Shown: one piece after another, positions 36,753 through 48,124 of the stretch
Layout of the letters: every line of letters begins with the position of its first letter
Numbering within the stretch: position 1 is the stretch's first letter
Origin: an uncultured Nitrososphaeraceae archaeon
Lineage (GTDB): Archaea > Thermoproteota > Nitrososphaeria > Nitrososphaerales > Nitrososphaeraceae
Length of the DNA stretch: 64,000 bases
Reading direction: 5' to 3'
Assembly: GCA_963765895.1 (NCBI GenBank)
Contig: CAVXZB010000023.1
Location: 237,879-301,878, forward strand
Translations under genes and position numbers: made by a program
Notes under the pieces: generated by a model
Told to the model about the DNA's origin: nothing
The model's database searches: none
What the model saw: the letters and a program-made list of their open reading frames with translations, nothing else

Positions 36753-37006
36753 AGCCTATTCGTAATCGTCGAATAATTCTTTTTGTTATCGATATAAATC
36801 ATTTAGGTAACAACGTTAACTGATGTGAAAAACCGTAAGTATTATTCTATCGACTAGGGGATGCACTAAAATAACACTCTCACGATAAGAGAATTAGAGA
36901 CCAGAAATTTACTCCAGATCGATGAGACTGTTAGGTTAATCAGATTTTCGTCATTAAAAGCACTTATATACTCTAACTATCGCTTATTTAATATACTAAG
37001 CTTCTT

Positions 37007-39376
37007 TTATATACTACTCTTTAGATTATGCATTTTTTGTAAATCCGGAGCAAACGATATAAGAGTAGTTGGTACCGCAATCTGAATCGGATCTTTTAAC
37101 GACATTGGTTTTCCAGTCTCAGGTGAAATCGTTTCCTTTTTTTTACTCCACACCATAGAATTAAATTCTAGAATCGATTTGGTATATTTTGTTAGATCTT
37201 GGTATCCTGTCTCTGATTTAGGCATCTTTTGTAAATGAATGCTCTTATTAGAGTACATTTTTGTCCAAATCTCTTCCGTAATAAAAGGACAAATTGGAGA
37301 GAGCAGCAAAAGTATTGTATATAAGCATTTATTTATAGTAGAGATTGCGGATTCACGACCAAATTTATGTTCCTTTTCATTTTCATAAACACGCCATTTA
37401 ACCATTTCCAAGTAATGTGAGGCAAACAAGTTCCATGTAAAGTCTCTTATTGCATTTGCAGGAATAAAAAAATTATAATCGTTATACCCAAGATCACACA
37501 CTTTAACTAACTTTGACAGCTCTCCTAAAATCCACTTATCTGAGTCATCGAGATGTTGCGGTAAGTCATAGACTATCTCAAAAGAAGAAACAAATCTTGC
37601 TATATTCCACAACTTCGAGAGAAAATTCTTTGATATTACGATTTTTTGTTCAGAGCATCTAAAATCCTGTCCCAAATTACCTTCCGCAGCAGACCAAAAT
37701 CGAAACGCATCTGCACCATACCTGTGAATAATTGGAAATGGGTCTATGACATTTCCCTTGCTCTTACTCATCTTTTCACCTTTCTCATCTACACCATAGC
37801 CCATTATCCAAGCCTCAGTCCAAGGTAATTGATCGGTTAGTTGGAAGCAGCGTAACATACTATAATAAAGCCAAGTTCGTATAATATCCTTAGCTTGTGG
37901 TCTCAGCCTTGTCGGATAGAGACGGTCAAATGATTTTTGATCTCGTAGATATCTTGTGATAAATAGTGGAGTGATACTAGAGTCCATCCATGTATCAAAT
38001 ATCCTGTCCTCTCCAGTGAACTCGGTGCTTCCGCATTTACTGCAATTTTTGAATGGAGGCTTTTCCTTCCAAGGTCTATAATATTGACCGGCCTCTGGAA
38101 GATTCGGGGCTTTGCAAATTTTACAGAACCAGATAGGAATTTCTGTCCCGTAAAATCTTCGTCTTGAAATTGGCCAATCGATCGAAACAGAATCTAGCCA
38201 GCTATTCAATATTTGTCGATGTATCTCAGGATGGAATTTTATTTTCGATGCGAGTTTTTTCAGTTTTGGGATATAACTCATCTGCTTTAGATAATAATCT
38301 TGCATAGATAGTATTTCAATGGGTGTTCTACTACGTTCACAAATAGGTGTTCGATGCATAATGTTTTCTTCTCGTTCGACACGTTGATCCTTTTTAAGAT
38401 CCTCAATAATTCTAGATCTGGCTTGAGATATTCTAAGGTTTGCATATGGTTCGGCTAATTCAGTTGTAGTTCCGAACTCAGTTAACGATACTATTTCTTC
38501 AAGCCCTAGTTCTCGAAAAAGCTGGACATCATTTCGATCACCGTAGCTACAAACCATTACCGCACCAGAGCCAAAGTCGGGTTTTGCTGTCCGGTGAGCA
38601 AGAATTTCAACTTCTCTATCGAATATAGGTAAGATCACATGCTTGCCTATGAACTCAGTATACCGATCATCTTCAGGGTTCACTATTATTGCTTGACAAG
38701 CAAAGAGGAGTTCTGGCCTAGTGGAAGCTACAATTATAGTTCCTGTCTCTTTGATATCAAATTTCATGTAAACTAGAATGGTGGGAATATCTTGATAGGT
38801 GATTTCTGCATCGGCCAGGGTAGTACCACAATCGTAGCAATAATTATTGGGCCTGTTTGCTATGTATATTAGATCCCTCCTCCATAAATCTATGAAAGTA
38901 CTCTGAGTTAAAGATCTAAATTCGGTAGAGTCAGTTCTATAGTCCTCGTCAAAATTTCCACTTAACCCAATATCTTTCATTATTTGAATCATCTCTGATT
39001 CAAGATTGTCTAGTGCGTGTCTACAAAGATCGAGAAATTTTTCTCTGTCAGTCTTCCGCATTTGAATCTTATATTTTTTTTCAGTATAAATCTCAACAGG
39101 TAGGCCATTTCTATCTATGCCTATAGGAAAGAATACGCAATAATCCTTCATTCGAGCGGCCTGAGCGATCATATCTATCTGGGCATAGTGGGCCGCTGCT
39201 CCGATGTGCCATGGTCTGCCAGATGGATATGGCGGTGGAGTATCAATTATGAAAGGTATGCTATTTTGACCGATGATTGAGAAGCCATAGACATTATCTT
39301 CGCGCCATTTATCTAGAATTTTCAGCTCTAGCGAAGGATCCCATGATTTAGATTCAATTTTATGGTTTTCGTTCAT
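37007..39376 (-). CDS. valS: Valyl-tRNA synthetase
   Basis: DTPPPYPSG..HIG, DWPISRRR, DTWMDSS, KMSKSKGN. Confidence 0.96.
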   Translation of the reverse strand: MNENHKIESKSWDPSLELKILDKWREDNVYGFSIIGQNSIPFIIDTPPPYPSGRPWHIGAAAHYAQIDMIAQAARMKDYCVFFPIGIDRNGLPVEIYTEKKYKIQMRKTDREKFLDLCRHALDNLESEMIQIMKDIGLSGNFDEDYRTDSTEFRSLTQSTFIDLWRRDLIYIANRPNNYCYDCGTTLADAEITYQDIPTILVYMKFDIKETGTIIVASTRPELLFACQAIIVNPEDDRYTEFIGKHVILPIFDREVEILAHRTAKPDFGSGAVMVCSYGDRNDVQLFRELGLEEIVSLTEFGTTTELAEPYANLRISQARSRIIEDLKKDQRVEREENIMHRTPICERSRTPIEILSMQDYYLKQMSYIPKLKKLASKIKFHPEIHRQILNSWLDSVSIDWPISRRRFYGTEIPIWFCKICKAPNLPEAGQYYRPWKEKPPFKNCSKCGSTEFTGEDRIFDTWMDSSITPLFITRYLRDQKSFDRLYPTRLRPQAKDIIRTWLYYSMLRCFQLTDQLPWTEAWIMGYGVDEKGEKMSKSKGNVIDPFPIIHRYGADAFRFWSAAEGNLGQDFRCSEQKIVISKNFLSKLWNIARFVSSFEIVYDLPQHLDDSDKWILGELSKLVKVCDLGYNDYNFFIPANAIRDFTWNLFASHYLEMVKWRVYENEKEHKFGRESAISTINKCLYTILLLLSPICPFITEEIWTKMYSNKSIHLQKMPKSETGYQDLTKYTKSILEFNSMVWSKKKETISPETGKPMSLKDPIQIAVPTTLISFAPDLQKMHNLKSSI

Positions 39377-39429
39377 GTTTTAGCAACATATCAATTACCG
39401 TTATTAACGTTAATGACATCCTATATTCG

Positions 39430-39663
39430 ATGAGTGGTGGTGCTCTACTAATGAAAGGATCTATCATGCTAATAACTGTCTTTTTGTACCTATTTGTTAT
39501 GAGTATTTCGATTTTCACAACTACTATATTTATTACTCCAAAACTTTCTGGACAAGTTGCATTATTCTCTATCGTCATGGCTATGATTCCCCCTTCAGTT
39601 CTAACTATATTTTTATTGAAAAGAATAATAAGATCGCGCTTAGTAATACGGTTAGGAAGGTAG
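39430..39663 (+). CDS. Possible small membrane protein
   Basis: Two hydrophobic stretches; weak support. Confidence 0.3.
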   Translation: MSGGALLMKGSIMLITVFLYLFVMSISIFTTTIFITPKLSGQVALFSIVMAMIPPSVLTIFLLKRIIRSRLVIRLGR

Positions 39664-39821
39664 AACATTTTGATTGATAGCTTCGAAGTATTAAAATGCC
39701 TATACTTTAAGTTTGGCTGTATTGTTCTCTAGCACGTAAATTATAGTACAGTAATCTAAAAGCACCGAAAATCTCTAATACGTTTGAAAAATGTGGATCA
39801 AGAACTCAAATAAAACCTAGG

Positions 39822-41267
39822 CTAGAAATCTTTTCTAATTGGCAATTCGGGATTTCCGAATTCGTTTGAATACAGTGAATAAAGTCTTATCTCTTGACCA
39901 TGTTTTATTCGATAATTTCCAATCAGTTTTATAGTTTTTTTGTATTCTTCCTTTAAGGAGATAAGTGTTTCCGCCAAATTATCAGCGATTAAGATATGCC
40001 ACTCGTTACCTATATCCATAACTCTACGTGCTAATATAATACCAGGCCCCCAATAATTCTGATTATTTTTTATATCATTCACTGTAAATACTGGTCCCGT
40101 ACTGAGACCAATACGCACGATTATAGAATCTTCATTATTTTTCTCATAATTATACTTACGCAGCTCACGGTGAAGCTCCATGCCCAGTTGTAAGGGCAAT
40201 TCTGGATTTAATGGAAATCCTATCACCATTCCGTCACCAGTAGGTAGTATTATTTTCTTATCGTCTGCCTTAAAAGCCTCACATATAAGTATAAGACTAT
40301 TGAGAGTCTCTATTTTTTCTCTCTGTTTATTGACAGATAATAATGGATCAGAAAGGCCGACTATATCTATAAAGAAAAAGTTTGCATTTATTGGTTCAGT
40401 CGAAATGCCTATTACTGACAGACTAAAGTCATAAACCTTTACTAATTTCTTATAAATTTCTAAATGGTCAGCATGAAAGGGCAGTTCAGTATAAATAACT
40501 GGCCTATCAATTATAGGATCCTTACAAAGGAAACAAAAAGCGTAATTCGATCGTTTGCTAAAGGAAATAGTCCCTTCGTTAGATATATTAAATTCGATCC
40601 ACAGCGGATCATGATGTATACCCTTTATAGAGAGCATTCTAACTCTTCTGACCAATGCATCTCCGTTATCCTCTAACTTCATCTCTAATATTCCGTCAAA
40701 AATAGAGCTTATGCGATTAGTTTCGTATTCATTCGAAGATGGAGTACTAAGAGTGAAAATTGCTGACGCATTATATGATTTCAAAATGAAGTAAAGCTTT
40801 GTAATAAATGTCTCTACAGTTTTCTCTCCAAATAACGCCAGTAGATGCGTCAATGAATCACAGATAAATCGAACATTTTTAGCAGGTTTAGTAGACTTAG
40901 TATGTGCCAAAGAAGATGAATTTAGTATCTGATGTTTCTTACTAATTCCAGCCCGCTCAAGCGCTTTAGCGACTTCGTCCAGAGCATAGGATAATTTCAT
41001 GTCCTCTTCTATATCGTTAATATATGGATTGATAAAGATGGAATATTCTGAGACAACGGACTTTTCGAAATTGGAGAAGAGGTCACTATACTGATCCATA
41101 GTCAAGTTAGAACTCAGGTAGATGCAATATTCATTTTGTGATATACCCTCAAGCAAAAATTGTCTACAGTATATGCTCTTTCCTGCTCCGGATGACCCCG
41201 TCAACAACAGGATGCTGTTAGAGATATTATCCTTGCCTACTAAGTGAGTTATGCCCGGAATTTGCAT
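39822..41267 (-). CDS. KaiC/RAD55-like ATPase fused to a Zn-finger linker and class III nucleotide cyclase
   Basis: GSSGAGKS, CDSL, FDGILEM; CFLC..H..H; FIDIVGLS, TGDGM, RIGLSTGPV, WGPGIILARRVMD. Confidence 0.82.
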   Translation of the reverse strand: MQIPGITHLVGKDNISNSILLLTGSSGAGKSIYCRQFLLEGISQNEYCIYLSSNLTMDQYSDLFSNFEKSVVSEYSIFINPYINDIEEDMKLSYALDEVAKALERAGISKKHQILNSSSLAHTKSTKPAKNVRFICDSLTHLLALFGEKTVETFITKLYFILKSYNASAIFTLSTPSSNEYETNRISSIFDGILEMKLEDNGDALVRRVRMLSIKGIHHDPLWIEFNISNEGTISFSKRSNYAFCFLCKDPIIDRPVIYTELPFHADHLEIYKKLVKVYDFSLSVIGISTEPINANFFFIDIVGLSDPLLSVNKQREKIETLNSLILICEAFKADDKKIILPTGDGMVIGFPLNPELPLQLGMELHRELRKYNYEKNNEDSIIVRIGLSTGPVFTVNDIKNNQNYWGPGIILARRVMDIGNEWHILIADNLAETLISLKEEYKKTIKLIGNYRIKHGQEIRLYSLYSNEFGNPELPIRKDF

Positions 41268-41912
41268 CTCATTGTAACAAAATTAGCCAAGCTGTTACTT
41301 ATATCTTATTAAATGGATTCCAATATAGGCGCGTTGCCCAATTTATTAGAAAGCAACAATAAGTAGGTTTCACGACTTAGCAATAACAAAAATGCATGGA
41401 TAGCGATCTATGTCAAACAAACAAAAATTAGAACCCAGGTAGAGAATCGCCTAGTCCAGGTTTTTCCTTTTCCAATTTCGCGATATTTCTTGACATATAT
41501 TCCATGGTTCCTGGTATATGACACTTGCAAATGCAATCACTACAATCTATATGGCTACCTTTTTTACAATAGTCGGATAGTCCATTATTCACCATAAATT
41601 AACAACTCAAATGATAAAGACTTATTTTAGTCTTGCTAAATTGCATTAATACTAAATATAAAAGTGATCACGATAATAACTACAATATATCGCAGGTTGT
41701 CAATCAGATTATAAGTATAAAAATATTGATACCCTTATTATATCACAATTCGAATATTTTATTACAAAGGAGTAGCAAAAATTAGCTAGCCGCTGCATGG
41801 GAATTAAAGTATCTATTTGCTAGTTTTCAGCAGGACTTTGCCTGAGCCTCAAATTATAGACTAGATACATTTTTAACTTGATTAAAAAGAATAAATGGAT
41901 GGTGTTTGAGAC

Positions 41913-42221
41913 TTAGGCAAAAGAAAAGTACTAACTGAATCGCATCTTAAGGAACTAGTGAAGCCTCAAACTGGTGAATTGCTAGGACGAGTCATAAAGT
42001 TAGTGGGTGGAGACAATATTATTGTAAAATGTACAGATGGTAGGGTCAGAACGTGTCGTATTAGAGGAAAAATTAAGAGAAGAATGTGGATACGTGATCA
42101 TGATTTGGTATTAATTGCTCCTTGGGATTTTCAAGCAGATAAGGCAGATATTATCTGGAGATACATTGCTGCTCACGCAGATAAACTTGAACAAGATGGC
42201 TATCTTGATGGATTAAAATAG
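41913..42221 (+). CDS. eif1a: Translation initiation factor aIF-1A
   Basis: CRIRGKIKRRMWIR..D.V...PWDFQ..KADIIWRY. The frame extends upstream to GKRKVL at 41913 (TTA). Confidence 0.93.
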   Translation, partial: LGKRKVLTESHLKELVKPQTGELLGRVIKLVGGDNIIVKCTDGRVRTCRIRGKIKRRMWIRDHDLVLIAPWDFQADKADIIWRYIAAHADKLEQDGYLDGLK

Positions 42222-42598
42222 ACCAAACATGGGCACAAATACACATCCGATGCCTTGCTATGAATTAATATAATGATAGTTGAAATAAGTTATTGATGTC
42301 TATGTAGACATGATGAGTATTATCCCGAATTAGTGACCCTCCGTATTTAGGCTTGAATCTATACTACAACTAGGCCGCGTTTGGTAGTACGAGCCACGCA
42401 AGAATGTAGACAAATCTTTTAAATTTATTAGAGATTTTGTATGGGTGCTGGATTTCATATGAGTCTATAATATTTCTACTCAGTTCTACCGAAAGATTAT
42501 AATTTTTCTATTTAAGATATAATAGTATTTAGGAAGAGCGAAGGTAACAACTAAAAATAGAACTGAGTAGGACGAATATCACCATAACGAAATCAATA

Positions 42599-42772
42599 TC
42601 ATAGATCGTCAATGGGATATTTAGATAAACATGCGGAACATTCATAGATTTCTTTCCCAACAGGTCCTGACACGTTGAACTTTACAACAGTAGTACATTT
42701 AGGACATCTGCCCTGCACACTACGGCTCTTTGTCTGCGGCCTAATAAGTTTCCGTCTTCTTCTGCCTCCCAT
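42599..42772 (-). CDS. 57-aa basic zinc-ribbon protein (absent from ORF track)
   Basis: MGGRRRRKLIRPQTKSRSVQGRCPKCTTVVKFNVSGPVGKEIYECSACLSKYPIDDL*. Confidence 0.7.
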   Translation of the reverse strand: MGGRRRRKLIRPQTKSRSVQGRCPKCTTVVKFNVSGPVGKEIYECSACLSKYPIDDL

Positions 42773-43151
42773 TATTTGTATCGTAAGTGTTGATACACAT
42801 TCGACATTTTTACCTATCTAAGTAAACCTATGGTTCTACAATAATTTGATAGATTGACACGTACTCGACAGTTTTTTCAACCAGGTGGCCTCAAATTGAT
42901 TATGAGGAATTAACTGAAATCCATACCGAGTGCATTTATCGTATCTACTATAATTATTAGATTCTAAAATACTAATATCCGACATCTATTCAACGTAGCC
43001 AATCTGAGATTGCACTAGTCTATCTCCATGCTTAGGTATTAGAGCTGTAAACCGAGTCGAATTTTGTGACCTTCACTGAAAATCCGGATCCGCGCAATTT
43101 CCATATCAGTTCAAGTTGAAATTAACCATTTCTAAGTTAATCGCGGCAAAT

Positions 43152-43793
43152 CTACCTAGACACGAGTTTAATCTTGTCGAGGTAACTTGGAAGGTCATTA
43201 ACAAAAGACATGAAGTTACTGATAGGTACGACTGGTATTTCTTCAACCAGTTTTATAGCCATGGGATAAAGAGTAAGTAGTACTGGAATAGATGAAGACA
43301 CAGTTTTTCTATTTGACATAAATACGTATGCCCTGTGAATTTGCTTTATAGCATAAGATGAAGTAGATTTTAAATCATTTCGTTGCCAATGCTTGCAATC
43401 AATTAATATGGCTAGTTTAGAGTAATTGTTGGTTCCAACAACATCAATCTCTATTCTACGAGGTTTATTAAACCGTACATTACACTCAGTTTTATATCCT
43501 GACAAGTTAAGAATTTCTGAAGTGAGCACCTCAAAATCTCTCCAGGTTAGAATTTTAGATATCAACTCAACATCATTCCCATTTTTTAATGCAAGAATTG
43601 CAAGTTTGATTCGATCTGAATTAGAGAACATATAGATATTTTGGGATGTACGACCGACTCCGTTATCCAATAAATATTGCATAACTTGTTTAGAGACTGA
43701 CCGACTTATAATGTCCAACCTGCTTTGAAATTCATTTAGAGTTAATTCTGGCATTATTGCACGCATAGCTTTCACTAATAGTAAAGGATCCAT
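43152..43793 (-). CDS. Restriction-endonuclease-fold (Mrr/NERD-like) protein
   Basis: WRDFE..., EIDVVG, IDCKHW PD-(D/E)xK pattern. Confidence 0.8.
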   Translation of the reverse strand: MDPLLLVKAMRAIMPELTLNEFQSRLDIISRSVSKQVMQYLLDNGVGRTSQNIYMFSNSDRIKLAILALKNGNDVELISKILTWRDFEVLTSEILNLSGYKTECNVRFNKPRRIEIDVVGTNNYSKLAILIDCKHWQRNDLKSTSSYAIKQIHRAYVFMSNRKTVSSSIPVLLTLYPMAIKLVEEIPVVPISNFMSFVNDLPSYLDKIKLVSR

Positions 43794-44556
43794 ATGATAT
43801 GATTAGTGGTCGGATATTTGAATTAGATAGAATGATCTTAAATTTCGTTGCACAGTGTTATCTTACAGTAAATGCTAATTTGATTTTTAGTCCTACTTAA
43901 TAAATTTAGAAAAATTCAAGGCATATCTGAAATTAGCATCTTCAAATGTAATTAGTGACAACTAGTAATAAGATTAGCGAGGAAGCTTGTAATTGGTAAC
44001 CTGAAAATCGAACACCGTATCCAAGCGTGTGATATCAATACAATGAAAGACTGATTCGCCGGAATATAAATATTTACAGGTGTTTAGGCATTTCAAGTTA
44101 TCAGATTAATAGAGATGCTCTACAAATTGGAAATTAGATCGTTTGCCACATCAATCTCGTATCAGAATCATTGTTGGATCATGATAAATGATCGCTTTTT
44201 TAGTATTGATAATTATAGTGTATCGTCTTCCTTACTATATTATGCTACATGATTCAGTGCAACTACTATAGCGTTTAAAGAGTTAGTAAAGTGGATGATT
44301 TGAGTAATAAGTTAATGAGATCTATGTACTATTTTCTCAAGTACGCTGCATACATTATTTTATTCAAGTATAATTTACAAATTGATGAATAAATGAGTTA
44401 AGATCATATGTATTAACAAGCACCGGCAGAGTAACCGAACATATCTATTCATTTGAAGATATTTTTAGGTGATTCTATATTAGTTGAATAGAATTATCTT
44501 CCTATCGAAATATTTTTTAGAAAGAGGATAGAGCCATGTATACAGCCTGATCTAGA

Positions 44557-44778
44557 TTGTGTGCCAGTATTAATAAAAATAACGGAATGGGTATAGATAT
44601 AGATAATATCAATTGCAATATTTGTGAAATGCCATTGGAGCTTCCCGACCTTGAACAGCATATAGTCTCCCAAGTCCATTTGAGAAACAAAGCTCAACTG
44701 GACACAAAACTTAGGATTCTTAATACGGCCGAGCTAAGGCAACAATCTGTACTACATAAATGGCTAGAATCAGCATAG
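44557..44778 (+). CDS. Small C2H2/matrin-like zinc-finger protein
   Basis: CNIC..L...LEQH..SQVH; true start probably the internal ATG. Confidence 0.55.
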   Translation: MCASINKNNGMGIDIDNINCNICEMPLELPDLEQHIVSQVHLRNKAQLDTKLRILNTAELRQQSVLHKWLESA

Positions 44779-44886
44779 TGAATATATCTAATTTCTGGTC
44801 AACTTTATACCTGCCATATTAATAAATGACACATCGATAATGTAACTGAATGGTTATTTTGTTTTCTTATTACAGATTTGTGGAAG

Positions 44887-45144
44887 TTACTGAGCAAAAT
44901 TAGGGACTGTTTGTGAACGGATATCATTGTAGGTCTCTAAATAAGACATTCCCTTCATAGTCGTTAAGTATTTCTTATCGATTTGCCTATATGCGATCAG
45001 ATCATGTACCAATAGAACATGAAGGTATTCAGTTAGGTCTACCGAAGATAACGAAGTTCTGGAGATTATTGCCGATGATTTGATACCTACTGTGGCTGCC
45101 TCCAAAATGAATTCAACTATGTCGCTAGGGTTTTCAAATGTCAT
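44887..45144 (-). CDS. Winged-helix transcription regulator
   Basis: IVEFILEAA, YLHVL..HDLI, YLTTMKG..YL archaeal wHTH pattern. Confidence 0.75.
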   Translation of the reverse strand: MTFENPSDIVEFILEAATVGIKSSAIISRTSLSSVDLTEYLHVLLVHDLIAYRQIDKKYLTTMKGMSYLETYNDIRSQTVPNFAQ

Positions 45145-45615
45145 TATGAGATCAACTAATACCTTTAGAACTGCTATTTATGAAAAGCTCTCACAAATTC
45201 TCGTTCTAATGTCAGGTTCTATCAAATAATACTCTTATCCTGCGAGTTCGAGACTAATATTTTCACGATATATTTCAAGGTTCTTGTGTTCACGGCATGA
45301 GGTATGACATATTGTAATAATAATTTGGTCAGTCTATTTAGTTACTGCGAGTAGCAATCATAGTAATTGAAATCAACACTATTATAAAATTACAATTGAT
45401 CGGCTTTCACTCAGCAGGGTAGCTAATCAATGAACCACAGGTATTTTACTAAACATAGATACAAATATTTATCTCGCTAGTTGCTTAGATACTACTCTAT
45501 CAACTAAAAGAAGCTTAATAAACTATTGGAGTTTTTTAACTCCAGTAACATCAGAGGTATTTCCCATGTACATTTAACTCAAATCCACTAATAATATACC
45601 AGCATAACAAATACA

Positions 45616-46767
45616 GTGATATCTGGAATTCAAAGATTGCTGTTTATATTATCCCTATTGTTACTGGCTATAACTATATCTAACTTTTCAACATATAATA
45701 TGATTCTCGCTGACAATAACAAGAAATTATCAATACAATGTGCAGATACCATACCATGCTTGGACGGGATTTGCATAGGTAACTCATGCTCACCCGCGAA
45801 GAATCAATATGCGAGCGATGCATCTTATAAAACAAAACAATCGATTAATATTGAAGGTTCCTCCAACAGCTTTGAACAGATTAGATCTAGCACAAATTCT
45901 ATGGACATGCATCAAAATACAAATAATGGCAATATGTGTATTAAGTCACCAGTCTCGACAGTGATCAACACTTCAGGGAAAAAAGATTGGAAGGATGTTA
46001 AAGATGTATTGGACAATAATCTCAATACAAAATGGTCATTGAAAGATGGCAAATCATATATTCAAATGGATTTGGGTGGAATTAAAAGTATCTGTAGCAT
46101 AGACATTCACTGGTACAAGGCAGAAAAGGGAACATATCACTTTGTGATATCTACATCGATGGATGGAATTACGTTCACAACTATATTAAGAGGAACAAGT
46201 GATAGCACAAGTATAGGATCAGAAAACTATCCAATCATAAAGGATTTGCAGGGCAGATATATCAGACTTGATGCTTCCAGGGATTCAGACGTGTCTGGCG
46301 TATCAGAAATAGGAATATATACAAAAAATATTAAAAACGTGAATGCATCGGGCACTCAGCCACCGCAGTATCTGATGAGCTCAAATAATTCATCATCACC
46401 AATTTCTAAATTAGACAAACGGCTCGCACCGAGCCAGTATATAGATCTCATATCTCCATTAATAGAAACAAATCATTTACCGGTGATTATAGACAAGAAT
46501 GTTGAAGATACTTCTTCCGCATCGGCTATTCAAATTAGCCTGGCAGGAAATGACATCAATAAATCCGGTGCCTTAAAATTCTCAATTATCGAGCTACCTG
46601 TCCACGGGATTTTGAGACAAGGCTCAACTGCAAACAGCATAATATATACACCGATAAACGGCTTCACAGGCAGAGATACCTTCACATATAATGCAATTGA
46701 CGACCACGGCAAAGAAAATTTGAAAGGAAGAGTTAATATCCTAATAAGCAACAATTACCCTTTATAA
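45616..46767 (+). CDS. Secreted discoidin (F5/8 type C) plus Ig-like domain protein
   Basis: LDNNLNTKWS..YIQMDLG, GRYIRL; P.HG.L...IIYTP..GFTG.DTFTY.A.D; signal peptide. Confidence 0.8.
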   Translation: MISGIQRLLFILSLLLLAITISNFSTYNMILADNNKKLSIQCADTIPCLDGICIGNSCSPAKNQYASDASYKTKQSINIEGSSNSFEQIRSSTNSMDMHQNTNNGNMCIKSPVSTVINTSGKKDWKDVKDVLDNNLNTKWSLKDGKSYIQMDLGGIKSICSIDIHWYKAEKGTYHFVISTSMDGITFTTILRGTSDSTSIGSENYPIIKDLQGRYIRLDASRDSDVSGVSEIGIYTKNIKNVNASGTQPPQYLMSSNNSSSPISKLDKRLAPSQYIDLISPLIETNHLPVIIDKNVEDTSSASAIQISLAGNDINKSGALKFSIIELPVHGILRQGSTANSIIYTPINGFTGRDTFTYNAIDDHGKENLKGRVNILISNNYPL

Positions 46768-47637
46768 AATAAGTCTATAACTATTTTATTGGATCTGATA
46801 AATAGTGATATAGCACTTCAATTGATTTAAAAATACCCAAGACCTCCGTAAATGTGATGCACTATGACAGTAAGTTATGAATCGTGTCTCCCAGGAGTCC
46901 ATATAGTTGGAGGTTATGAACAAATTTGCCGCACGCTCGAGATTAATGCGGTATGCGAAAAGGTACCGATTAAAAAACTCGATAGATTTCATGGAAGATA
47001 ATGATAGCCAGTCACTTTGGACATTCATTAACCCATGACGAATATTTTAGAGGATAATCCTCTAGAAATACATCTAACAACCTAGTCCTAGAAAATTAGA
47101 ATCTCCAGTAATATTGTATTAATATTATTGTGTAGTATTATATTTCACATCTATCATTACAATCAGTATAACTGAGACTTATTTGTGTAAGGGGCATTTT
47201 GGTCGAGATATGCAAAAATGCCCCATAATACCGAATTTTAATCTTGAGTCAACTTAACGTAATCCACTTACGCCAGGGGACCATTGATTTAGTTCGTTAA
47301 TACTGTAACAATCTGCACCTTCAAAAGGCTTGATCTACCATGATTAGAGTTACGACGAGATCGAGAAGTTGGAATTATGGCGCTACAGACTAACTACATT
47401 TCGAACGTCCAAACATAACGTGATAAAAGTCAAAAATGGTCAGTCTTTTAGTTTAGTCGTATGGATATATCCAAAACCATTTGCATTGTATCAACACTTA
47501 AAGAGATAGTTTAATTGGGTTATTGAGTGGTCTGTTTAATGATTTTATATTTGAATTTTATCATATTGTGTTAATTAAGATAACTTTGTTAAACAGTATC
47601 TAAATAAGGAAGAAGTAGTAACTATTGTATACCACGT

Positions 47638-48072
47638 ATGAATGAACGAGACTCTGAGGACGACGATGCTGAATATGCTGATGTGCCTAACGTTTCTTCA
47701 TCTCGCCAGCAAGTTCTCTCTGTAATAGATAGCTTCATAGAGCAGATCTTGCATATTAGAAAAACTTTGCTTGGCGTCTCTATTTCTTCATTAATATTAG
47801 CTCCACTTGCAATAGGACTTTCAATATTCTTGTTACGACATCCCTCTTTTTTTGTTATTTTGGAAATAGAGAACGAATTTGGTTTGATCCTTAGCATCCT
47901 GCTCGGGTCTGTCATTATTATTTCATCTTTATGGTTGATTGCCGGTATCAGGCAGTATCGTTCAGTAGGTTCTTGGAACAAGAAATACAAAGCATATCAA
48001 ATTGATAAACAAGAATTAGATAAGAAAATTGCGGCTCAGTTTATTTTAGATCGAGATGATAACAAATCGTAA
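47638..48072 (+). CDS. Two-TM membrane protein
   Basis: Acidic N-terminus, two TM helices and a charged tail. Confidence 0.7.
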   Translation: MNERDSEDDDAEYADVPNVSSSRQQVLSVIDSFIEQILHIRKTLLGVSISSLILAPLAIGLSIFLLRHPSFFVILEIENEFGLILSILLGSVIIISSLWLIAGIRQYRSVGSWNKKYKAYQIDKQELDKKIAAQFILDRDDNKS

Positions 48073-48124
48073 TATCAAAAAATGAACATTATACCATGAA
48101 AACTCATCGTTTAGAATAGTGTGG

